Of a stretch of 64,000 nt of DNA, positions 48,618-57,800 are shown piece after piece. The notes below the pieces were generated by a model. The model worked only from the letters and a program-made list of their open reading frames with translations, did not search any database and had not been told where the DNA came from. Numbering within the stretch: position 1 is the first letter of the stretch; the number at the start of each line of letters is the position of its first letter. The stretch covers positions 9,540 through 73,539 of the forward strand of contig JAQBVJ010000018.1 of assembly GCA_027623235.1 (NCBI GenBank). The letters are read 5' to 3'. The DNA comes from Planctomycetota bacterium (lineage in GTDB: Bacteria > Planctomycetota > Planctomycetia > Planctomycetales > Planctomycetaceae). Position numbers and translations under genes: made by a program.

Positions 48618-48974
48618 CTCACTTGCGGACTCGAGTTCACACGAGAGAGCGCGAATCCGCGTCAGAAGTTTGAGGATCGTCGTTTTGACGGCATCGCCCA
48701 TCGGTTCCTCAAGTTTCAGCTCGATCCAGCGGCAACTTTTCTTTTCGACTGTCGCGCTGCCGACCGACGAGATCCTCAGCGTGGCCTGAGTGGTTCGGTC
48801 CTCTATCAGGATTTTCCCGGAATTCTTGTCCATAAGTCCCTTCACTTGAACCATCTCAAACTGAGCCCACGCACCCTCTTTGGGTAACTGCACGATCAGC
48901 CCTTCGGCTCTGGCCATTCCCGACGGAGCGGCGACAAGAGCGATCAGGGTCACGGTGAAAATCGAACGGATCAT
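48483..48974 (-). CDS. Small secreted hypothetical protein
   Basis: ATG 48974 after AAGAGGA. Signal peptide MIRSIFTVTLIALVAAPSGMARA. The last ~45 codons overlap the convergent gene and look non-protein-like. Confidence 0.5.
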   Translation of the reverse strand: MIRSIFTVTLIALVAAPSGMARAEGLIVQLPKEGAWAQFEMVQVKGLMDKNSGKILIEDRTTQATLRISSVGSATVEKKSCRWIELKLEEPMGDAVKTTILKLLTRIRALSCELESASELRIRREVQVPWFREGVRRQLFVPWTNTRRTDFAHNQFFGGRATD

Positions 48975-49299
48975 GGCATCCTCTTTCTGAACGGTGACTC
49001 GTGTCCGCGACGACTGGCGGTCCGACAACGTCCTGCAGTCGCGCACCCCGAGGAAATATTCAGCGGATTTATTCGAATTTCAGATACCTGCCCAGCCTCT
49101 TCTCAATCGCGCAGGCAGTGAAGTCCTGCCCGCAACACAGATTCTGCGCGGACTCCTGCCGAAATCGACAACGCCCGGTCAGCCGATTTTCGGTGAAGCA
49201 GATTTCGGTGAAACAACAGTGAAATCCTGAGAATTCTTCGGTACCCTGCCGCATCGTTTTTCGGAAGATTGTACGGCACAGGAATGGAGTCCAAAGCAG

Positions 49300-52200
49300 A
49301 TGAGTCTCGAAACCCGTTTCCGTTCGAAGTTTGCTGCCGGTGACCGCTCGCGAGGCGATGCTTATTTCAGTGATGAATTTGTCGACCTTGAAGAGTCCAG
49401 CGAACAGGGCGTCTTCGCCACCGTTGAGAACGGGCTCGGCGACAGCTACGAGGTTGGCATCAGTTTTGGTCCGGACGGAAGCTGGGACAGCGCCTCGTGT
49501 TCCTGTCCGCGATTCGCCGACGGCTATTTGTGCAAACATCTCTGGGCGACTCTGCTGGAGGCGGACCTGGAATCGGAAGAGGGCGATCTCGGCGAGGACG
49601 ATGACTGCGATTTCCTTGAGCTGGGAGTCACATCGGGCGGGCAGCCATTCGGGTTGAACCTGAAGACAGGACGTGTCAATTCGCTCGGCGCCAAATCGCT
49701 GCCACAGTCCGGTCAATCCGCCCGTTTGGTCGATCGCCGCGAACCGCCCGCCCCTCAATGGCAAAACAAGCTGCAGGGAGTCGCGGCTCTCGCGTCACGT
49801 CTCGACAATGCGGGGACTGCACCGGCTGATCGTCAACCGACTCCGCGCGAGATCTGGTACGTGCTGGACCTGGCTGAGTCGACTCGCCGCAGCCGTCCGG
49901 TGATTCTTTTCCGCCAGCGCGAACAGAAAGCCAGCGGCGAACCGGGTGCCATCAAGCCGCTCTATCTGGATGCTCAGGTCGTTCGCCAGATTGCCGAACC
50001 TGAGCACCGGGATCTGCTGAGCTACCTGATGGGATTCCCCGACCCGCCGCCGAATTACAATGACCATTATTCGTATTACTCACGAAAGGTCGAACACAGT
50101 CTTCCGCCGCCAGTCGCCTTCCGGCAAATCATTCCGCAACTGTGTGAGAGTGGCCGATTCGTCGTCTGCCTGAGCAGGGACCAGTCTCCGGAAGACGGCA
50201 CAACGCTGACGGCCGACGACGGCGCGGCATGGCGATTCCGTGTCGACATGGCGAGTGACGCTCAGGCCCGTGCGTGGACGATCACCGGCACGCTGTGGCG
50301 CGAGGACCAGACGGCCGACCTGTCCGATCTCGTCATCCTCTTCGAAAGCGGCCATCTCGTTCTGAACGATCGCCTGGCGAGGTTTGAATCCGAGGGCAAT
50401 CTTGCGTGGCTGCACACGTTGCGGCAGAACGGCGTCATCACAATTCCCTGGGACGCGCGAGGCGAGCTGCTGGCCGAGCTGGCTTCGATCGGCGGGTTTG
50501 ACTTCGCCGCGATGCCGGACGACCTGCGACCCGGTTCCGTCTTCTCAGAGCCGACTCCGATGTTCCGCATTCTGCGAAGCAACGAAGTCGATGCTCGTGT
50601 GCACAACAACAAAAAGTTCCTGCTCGCCACGGTCGAGTTTTCCTACGGCGAGTCCACGATTGCTTCGAAGTCTCCTGAACGCGGACTGTTCGTCGAGGAA
50701 AGCAACGCGCTGATTCTTCGCGATCGACTCAAAGAGGCCCAGCAGGTATCCAGACTGTCTCAACTGAAGATGGCTCCTGCTGCGTCCGTCGACTGGAGAC
50801 GCGACGGGGCGCGATATCAGTTTCCCGCGTCGCAGTTGCCGGAGGTGACGGGCGAGCTGATCGATCATGGCTGGCGGGTCGAGGCGCAGGGCCGCGAGCT
50901 GCGGAAGACGACCGGAAGTTACAGCTTCAGCGTGAGCAGCGGCATCGACTGGTTCGACCTTGATGCGGAATTCGACTTCGACGGTCAGACGGCAACTCTG
51001 CCTGCGCTGCTCAAGGCGGTCCGGTCGGGCGAGAAGTTTGTCGAGCTCGGTGACGGGTCCTGCGGGATGCTTCCCGAAAAGTGGCTGGAGAAATACGGAC
51101 GCCTGCTCGAACTCGGACAGGAGACGAAAGACGGAGTCCGGTTTCGCGCCCCGCAGGCACTGCTGCTGGATTCGCTGCTCGCCGAGCAACCCGACTCGCG
51201 CGTGGATCGCCGGTTCCGTGACGCGTGCCGCCGCCTGCAGAACTTTTCCGGAGTCAAACCGAAGGCCGCGCCGCGGGGCTTCAAGGGGGAGCTTCGCGAG
51301 TACCAGAAACAGGGGCTCGGCTGGCTGAACTTCCTGTGCGACTTCCAGCTCGGTGGCTGCCTGGCCGACGACATGGGGCTCGGCAAAACGATTCAGGTGC
51401 TCGGCCTGCTCGAACAGCGCCGGACACGCCGACTGAAGAAGGACGAGACGCGACGGCCCTCGCTGATCGTCGTGCCGAAGAGCCTTGTCTTTAACTGGGT
51501 TGACGAGGCAGCCCGCTTCACGCCGCGGCTGCGGGTTCTCAACTACACCGGCCTCGACCGGAAAGAGTCACGCGAATCGTTCACCGATTACGACGTCATC
51601 GTGACCACGTACGGAACGCTGCGTCAGGACATTCTCATTCTGAAAGAACTCCACTTTGACTATGCGATTCTCGATGAAGCGCAGGCGATCAAGAACTCCG
51701 AATCGCAGGCGGCGAAGTCAGCGCGAATCATCATCGCCGACCACCGCCTCGCCCTGACCGGAACGCCCATCGAAAATCATCTCGGCGAACTGTGGTCGCT
51801 GTTTGAGTTTCTCAACCCCGGCATGCTGGGCCGCTCGGCAAGCTTCCGCCGACTGACAAAAGGTCCGATCGATGCCAGGCAACTGGAGGTCCTCTCGTCA
51901 GGAGTCAGGCCGTTTCTGTTACGGCGAACGAAGGACCAGGTCCTCACCGAACTGCCTGATAAATCCGAGCAGACTCTGTACTGCGAAATGCAGCCGAAGC
52001 AGCGAAAGCTCTACGACGAACTGCGCGACTATTACCGGAAGAGCCTGACTCAGCGGATCAAGACGGTCGGCATCAAACAGGCGAAAATTCACGTGCTCGA
52101 AGCTTTGCTGCGACTTCGCCAGGCGGCGTGCCATCCCGGCCTGATCGATAAAGGGCGGGCGAAAGAACCCAGCGCAAAGCTCGACGTGCTGCTGGAGCAA

Positions 52201-52677
52201 CTCGAAGAGACCATCGCCGAGGGCCACAAAACGCTGGTCTTCTCACAGTTCACCAGCCTGTTGAACATCGTGAAACAGCGACTCGACAGTCGCGGCATCC
52301 GTTACGAATACCTCGACGGCAAGACGAACAATCGCAAAGAGGTTGTCGAGCGATTTCAATCGGACAAGGACTGTCCGCTGTTTCTGATCAGCCTGAAGGC
52401 GGGCGGCAACGGACTCAATCTGACCGCCGCGGATTACGTCTTCATCCTCGACCCGTGGTGGAACCCGGCCGCCGAGGCCCAGGCCATCGACCGGGCACAC
52501 CGAATCGGCCAGACCCGGAACGTCTTCGCCTACCGCCTGATCTGCCGGGACACGGTGGAAGAGCGGATCGTCGAAATGCAGAAGGAAAAGAAGCAGCTCG
52601 CCGACGCCATCATTTCCGCCAACAACTCCCTGATCAGCAGCCTGACCGTCGACGACCTGCAACTCCTGCTGAGCTGA
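49300..52677 (+). CDS. SNF2-family helicase with N-terminal SWIM zinc finger
   Basis: 1125 aa. SWIM CSCPRFADGYLCKH. SNF2 motifs LADDMGLGKTIQ, DEAQAIKN, LTGTPIEN. Helicase-C LISLKAGGNGLNLTAADYVFILDPWWNPA and QAIDRAHRIGQ. Confidence 0.9.
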   Translation: MSLETRFRSKFAAGDRSRGDAYFSDEFVDLEESSEQGVFATVENGLGDSYEVGISFGPDGSWDSASCSCPRFADGYLCKHLWATLLEADLESEEGDLGEDDDCDFLELGVTSGGQPFGLNLKTGRVNSLGAKSLPQSGQSARLVDRREPPAPQWQNKLQGVAALASRLDNAGTAPADRQPTPREIWYVLDLAESTRRSRPVILFRQREQKASGEPGAIKPLYLDAQVVRQIAEPEHRDLLSYLMGFPDPPPNYNDHYSYYSRKVEHSLPPPVAFRQIIPQLCESGRFVVCLSRDQSPEDGTTLTADDGAAWRFRVDMASDAQARAWTITGTLWREDQTADLSDLVILFESGHLVLNDRLARFESEGNLAWLHTLRQNGVITIPWDARGELLAELASIGGFDFAAMPDDLRPGSVFSEPTPMFRILRSNEVDARVHNNKKFLLATVEFSYGESTIASKSPERGLFVEESNALILRDRLKEAQQVSRLSQLKMAPAASVDWRRDGARYQFPASQLPEVTGELIDHGWRVEAQGRELRKTTGSYSFSVSSGIDWFDLDAEFDFDGQTATLPALLKAVRSGEKFVELGDGSCGMLPEKWLEKYGRLLELGQETKDGVRFRAPQALLLDSLLAEQPDSRVDRRFRDACRRLQNFSGVKPKAAPRGFKGELREYQKQGLGWLNFLCDFQLGGCLADDMGLGKTIQVLGLLEQRRTRRLKKDETRRPSLIVVPKSLVFNWVDEAARFTPRLRVLNYTGLDRKESRESFTDYDVIVTTYGTLRQDILILKELHFDYAILDEAQAIKNSESQAAKSARIIIADHRLALTGTPIENHLGELWSLFEFLNPGMLGRSASFRRLTKGPIDARQLEVLSSGVRPFLLRRTKDQVLTELPDKSEQTLYCEMQPKQRKLYDELRDYYRKSLTQRIKTVGIKQAKIHVLEALLRLRQAACHPGLIDKGRAKEPSAKLDVLLEQLEETIAEGHKTLVFSQFTSLLNIVKQRLDSRGIRYEYLDGKTNNRKEVVERFQSDKDCPLFLISLKAGGNGLNLTAADYVFILDPWWNPAAEAQAIDRAHRIGQTRNVFAYRLICRDTVEERIVEMQKEKKQLADAIISANNSLISSLTVDDLQLLLS

Positions 52678-52790
52678 ACCCGGAAGAACCCGACCGACCG
52701 GCAGCAAGTAGGGCCGGTTCCCACCGGCCGAACCGGATCGCGTGGTTGAAAGTGGCCGGTAGGAACCGGCCCTGCATTCGCTGCCGCAGG

Positions 52791-53105
52791 CCATGCGTCA
52801 GTCGACGGATCGTGTGAGTGCTCAGAGAGACTCCGTGAGTGGACAGAGTGATGCCGTGGGTGAGCGGAGTGATCTCGTGAGTCCCAACAGTGACCCCATG
52901 AGTGCCGGGAGTGATCCCGTGGCTGTCCGCAGTTACGCCGTGGGCGTGCGGAGTCAGGCCGTGGGTGCCCAAAGTGATCCCGTGGGTGCCCACAGTTATG
53001 CCGTGGGGACGCGGAGTTATCCCGTGGGTGCCCACAGTTATGCCGTGGGTGCCCACAGTTATTCCGTGGGGACGCGGAGTTACTCCGTGAGTGTCCACAG
53101 TGAGG
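52791..53105. repeat. Degenerate tandem array, 15 units of exactly 21 bp (consensus CCGTGGGTGCCCACAGTTATG)
   Basis: Hand alignment: units start at 52791, 52812, 52833 and so on to 53085, with no indels. Central units are identical or near-identical and the edge units are diverged. Confidence 0.9.
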
Positions 53106-53176
53106 AATCTCAAGGCGGATCTGAGGCCGCTTCTGCAATGCGGGATCGGAAACAGCCCGCCTCGGCAGGCCGTTGA
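52793..53176 (+). CDS. Candidate 127-aa heptad-repeat protein encoded by the 21-bp array (V-[GS]-x-x-S-[YD]-x)n
   Basis: ORF 52793..53176. Between-unit changes GGT/GGC/GGG, TAT/TAC and GAT/GAC fall on third codon positions only in this frame. Against coding: atypical codons (AGT, TAT, GGT), weak SD, and 5 of 6 frames are open. Confidence 0.3.
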   Translation: MRQSTDRVSAQRDSVSGQSDAVGERSDLVSPNSDPMSAGSDPVAVRSYAVGVRSQAVGAQSDPVGAHSYAVGTRSYPVGAHSYAVGAHSYSVGTRSYSVSVHSEESQGGSEAASAMRDRKQPASAGR

Positions 53177-53178
53177 GA

Positions 53179-53970
53179 ATGAAGCGGCCCGGCGCAAGCC
53201 GTCCGGTCCAGGCGCGTTTTCCCATGCAAAACCGGGCGGCTCGCGCCGCGACTCGTCGTGATGAAGGGCGGTTCTACATTGGGATGGCGATCGCGGCTAC
53301 TGCGACCGCCATTGCTGGATTCGGCCCCGCGATCGTTGGCCCCGCTTCCCGCAAAGCACCGCTGACATGGGCGGTGGGCCTGCATGGCGTCGTGTTCGGC
53401 GCATGGCTCCTGCTGTTTCTCACACAGACACTGCTCGCCTCGAAAGGACGGGTCTCCGTACATCGTCGACTCGGCTACGCCGGGGCTGGGCTCGCTGTCC
53501 TCATGCTTGTGTCCGGCTACTTGACCACGATCGAGATGGGACGCCGGGGTTATGATCTGAGCGGCGACTTGATCGGCGACTCCGGCGATATGCTGATGTT
53601 GATGGTGTTCCAGCTTGGCGATCTTTTGTGTTTCGGTGCCTTGGTCGCACTGGCGGTTTTGTTTCGAAGTCGCTCGGACGGACACAAGCGTTTGATGTTG
53701 CTGGCCACGGTCGGCGGGTGAATGCCAGCGGTTCTGTCGCACATCATTGGCCACTCCCCGTTTTTGCGAGGATTTCATCCTGCCATTATTCTTATCCCAT
53801 ACGTCGCGTTCCTTTTTGCCGGGGCGGTCCACGATCGCCTATCGAGAGGGCGAATTCATCCGGTGTCGTTGTGGGTTGCTTTGGCGGTGTTCGTCTTCAA
53901 TGATCTGCGCGCTGCGGTCATTGGGCCGAGCGATGCATGGCGCGAGTTCGCGACGTGGTTGATTCGTTGA
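53179..53970 (+). pseudogene. Multi-pass membrane protein (unknown family) split by in-frame TGA at 53719-53721
   Basis: ORFs 53173..53721 and 53722..53970 are in the same frame and contiguous (..HKRLMLLATVGG TGA MPAVLSHIIGH..). TM helices occur on both sides. May instead be two coupled genes (TGAATG). Confidence 0.5.
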
Positions 53971-54110
53971 CCAGCGAGGCGAATCAAACAGCAGAACGCG
54001 AGCGGATGGCCACGTCAGACTTGAAGAAATACTTTCTGGCCGCGCCACGTTAACCGGGTCGTTACGCCGTCACGCCACGCCAACCTGCCACAGGATGAGA
54101 GACGTCTCCT

Positions 54111-54497
54111 ATGGAAACTGGACTGCAAATTACTTTTTCCATTCAATTTGCAGTCATCGGCATCGCCCACATCTTCCGACCCGATCCATTGATCCAGTTC
54201 TGCCGCGTTCTAGCAGCCAAGGGCGAAGCGGGCGTCATCATCATTGCTATTCTCAGTTTATGCACCGGCTCCTTTCTTGTGGCGTTCCACAACATCTGGA
54301 CTGGAATTCCAATCGTTCTCACGGTCTTCGGTTGGGCGCAGTTGCTGAAAGGAACGGTCTACTTTTTGTTTCCGTCATCCGGTCTTCGGATGCTCGAACG
54401 CGTGACACCAGAACGCAGAATTCTCTTTCGTTTGCCCGGCATTCCGTTCGCTGCAATGTCTGTTCTGCTCGCAATGCACGTCATGCGGGCAGGGTGA
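54111..54497 (+). CDS. Small multi-pass membrane protein (128 aa), low-GC gene
   Basis: Four hydrophobic segments (FSIQFAVIGIAHIF, VIIIAILSLCTGSFLVAF, IPIVLTVFGWAQLL, IPFAAMSVLLAMHV). No family recognised. Confidence 0.55.
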   Translation: METGLQITFSIQFAVIGIAHIFRPDPLIQFCRVLAAKGEAGVIIIAILSLCTGSFLVAFHNIWTGIPIVLTVFGWAQLLKGTVYFLFPSSGLRMLERVTPERRILFRLPGIPFAAMSVLLAMHVMRAG

Positions 54498-54813
54498 CTC
54501 GACCTCTTCTGGTCAAGTGCCGAAGGCACTGGATGCCGCGCCATCGCCGCGCATGAAAGTTGCCGCGTGTGTGTATTGAAGCAGGAACGCGAACGGTGAA
54601 ACATTCTTGATCGAAACGCTGTCTTCGCGTCCTGACCGTGCGTTTTGTCATCGCCGACTCTGACGCAAGTAATTCGGGGAACCGAAGGCCAGTCCGCGAT
54701 CTCACGGCTCACCTTGTAATGCAGGGCCGCTCTGTCCCATAATTGTTGCCTGATGCTTCCCTCCTGGCTTCCCGCCTTTCGGCCTGGTGCCGCCTTCCTT
54801 TGTGAGTTTCTTC

Positions 54814-57800
54814 ATGCTCAGAAACTGGGTTTCTGTTGTTGCCCTGGCGGTCGGTTTGTGCGCGGTCGGGGACGTCTCGTTCGCGGCTGATGATCCGGCT
54901 CAGGTTGAGTTCTTTGAGAAGAAGATTCGGCCGGTCCTGGTCGAGCACTGTGACAAGTGCCACAGCGGGAAAGCGGCTTCGCTGAAGGGTGGGCTGCGGG
55001 TCGACTTTCGCGAGGGGCTGATGAAGGGCGGCGAGTCCGGGCCGGCGGTTGTCGTCGGGAAGCCGGACGAGAGCCTGCTGATTCTCGCGCTGAAGTACGA
55101 CGGGTTCGAGATGCCGCCGAAGGGGAAGCTACCTGATTCTGTCATCAAGGATTTTGAGACATGGGTGAAGAACGGCGCCGTTGATCCTCGCGAGACGCCG
55201 GCGACAGTCAGCAAGGAACGGACGATCAACTTTGAAGAGGCCGCGAAGTTCTGGGCGTTTCAGGCTCCGCAGAAGCACGCGGCTCCGGCGGTTAAGGATG
55301 ACTCACTCATAAAGAGCGACCTCGACCGGTTCGTACAGGCTCGGCTCGAGGCGAAGGAGCTTTCGCTCAGCCCGGCGGCCGATCGGCGGACGCTCATTCG
55401 GCGAGCTTACCTCGACCTGATCGGCATCCCGCCGACTCCGGAAGAGGTCAACGCGTTTTTGAAGGACGAGTCGCCGGACGCGTTTGCGACGGTCGTCAAC
55501 ACGCTGCTCGATTCGCCGCACTATGGCGAGCGGTGGGGCCGACGGTGGCTCGACGTCGCGCGGTACGGCGAGGACCAGGCTCACACGTTCAAGGCTCGCA
55601 ACTATCCGCTAGGCTATCTCTATCGCGACTGGGTCATCCGATCGTTTAACGAGGACCTGCCGTACGACCGGTTTCTGACCTGGCAGATCGCCGGCGACCT
55701 GCTCGACGAACCGAACCGGCACGAGCGACTGGCCGCGCTCGGGATGTTTGCTCTCGGCCCGGTTTACTACGCCGAGAATGTCGAGAAGGACCGCGCCGCG
55801 GCCGACGAGTGGGACGACAGGATCGACACGCTGACCCGCGGAGTGCTCGGGCTGACCGTGTCGTGTGCCCGCTGCCACGACCACAAATTCGACCCGATCA
55901 CGACGCAGGACTACTACGGCCTGGCCGGCATTTTCTCCAGCACGAACTACCAGGAACGACCGGCCGTCAGCGATGAAGTTGTCGCCAGCCGACGATCGGC
56001 CGACGAGGCCGTGAAGCAGAAGCAGCTCGAAATCGACCGCTTTCTGCTCACCGAATCGCGCGGTGTCCGCCCGACTCTGATCCGCGAGATCCCCGACTAC
56101 TTCGTCGCGGGCTGGAAGATGCTTCACCGCCGAAAGTCAGAGAAGAACGAGAAAAAACTGCTCGAGCAGTTGAGCAAAGAAACCAAGCTCAGCCAGACAC
56201 TCATCAAACGCTGGTTTGAGTTTCTGAAGCCAGGCTCGCGCCGCTCGGAATCCGAAACCGCGGCGCTGGCCGAGTGGCTGAAACTGGCGGCCGCTGAAGA
56301 CGACAAGAAAGACCTTTCCAAAGACGAAGCCGCCGCAGCGACCGTGCGGACACTTGGCGAGGAATTTCAGAAGCTCGCGAATGAAAAATCGCCGCGTCAC
56401 AAAGAACTGTTCGCCCGCTTTGGAGACAACGTCGCGTTTGCAAATGCCGCCGATCTGACGGACGTTCGCGCGGGAGTCATTCCGCTTGGCAATCTGTTTG
56501 ACGATTCGGCCAGCGTGTCGCTCGATGCCGCCGTGAAGACAGACAAGTTTTCGGCCGTCGCGAACGCCGATCGGCTCGGCGTCGACCGAGTCGCGCAGGG
56601 CTGGGGCACGCGGACGAAGATTGCTCCGGACGTGGATTTTGATTTCCGGAAACTCGGCAGTTCGTCACACAGCTACGGATCGATCGTCAACGACGGCTGG
56701 CAGGCCGGCGGAGCTATCCGGACGCAGGGCAGCAGTTTCTCCAGCGGCAAACGCGTTGAGCAGGGAATCGGCATGCACGCCAACGCGCTCATCACGTTTG
56801 ACATCGATGAAATCCGCAAAGCCGGGCTCCTGCCGAGCGACCAGAGCTTCAAATTCAAAGTCGATCGAGCGGGCATCAACGATGACACGCTGGGCAGCAA
56901 CGGCAGCTCGCACGTGGCCGTCCTGGTCACGCGGCCTCACAAAGACAAAGCCGTTTCCGACGCGGTGCTCGCTGCGTTTGTGAACGGCAAGCCGGTCGAA
57001 GTCGATGTCGACGATTTCACTTATTACTTCAGTGGCGACCCTGGTGAGCCGATTCGAGCCGACGGCAAATTCGTGTCGTTCGACATTCCCATTCCGCCCG
57101 AGGCGAAGCACCTGACGCTGGTCACGACGGGAGCCAGCGAGCCTGACGACAACCCGATCAGCAGCGACCATGCGGTGTTTTCGGGAGCCCGTCTGGAGCT
57201 CGACCCGCTGCCGGAAGAGAAGCTGGCCGCGAAGGATGACGCGGGCGAACCCGTCGATGAGGAACAGCTCAACCGGGACCAGGCCGACGCGATCTTCCTG
57301 TCGCGACTGTTCTACGACGAAGGGCTGCTCGCGCTGCCGGCCAACGAAGCGGAAGGCAAGCTGGCTGACGAACAGAAGGCAGTGCTCGCCGAACTGAAAT
57401 CGAAACACGGCGAGCTGAACAAGGCGGCCGGGCAGATCAATATTCTGATGGCTCATTCGCTGAACGAGGGCAACGGAGCTGACCTGCCGATTTACCTGCA
57501 GGGCAACCCCGCGAAGAAAGGCGACGTCGCTCCGCGAGCCATGCCGGCAATCTTTACCAGCGGTGAGAAATCCGCGTTCGCTCCGAAAGGCAGCGGCCGC
57601 CTGGAACTCGCAAAGTCAATCGCCTCGCCTGGTAATCCGCTCACCGCGCGAGTCATCGTGAACCGTGTCTGGGCCGGCCACTTTGGAGTGGGCCTCGTCA
57701 AAACAACGAGCAACTTCGGAAAGCTTGGCGACCGGCCGACGCATCCGCAGTTGCTGGACTGGCTGGCCGTTCGGTTCGTTGAGCAAGGCTGGTCGCTGAA

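Noticed and set aside
52791-53105. Possible CRISPR array
   Set aside because: The units are contiguous with no unique spacers, the period is only 21 bp, and there are no cas genes in the window.
52530-53225. Minus-strand ORFs 52530..53225 and 52634..53197 (His/Gly-rich heptads HGITVGT / HNCGHPR) across the 21-bp array
   Set aside because: These frames are open only because the repeat lacks stop triplets. The between-unit substitutions are non-synonymous in them, and they run into the SNF2 gene end. The plus frame 52793..53176 is the only one with a third-position substitution pattern.
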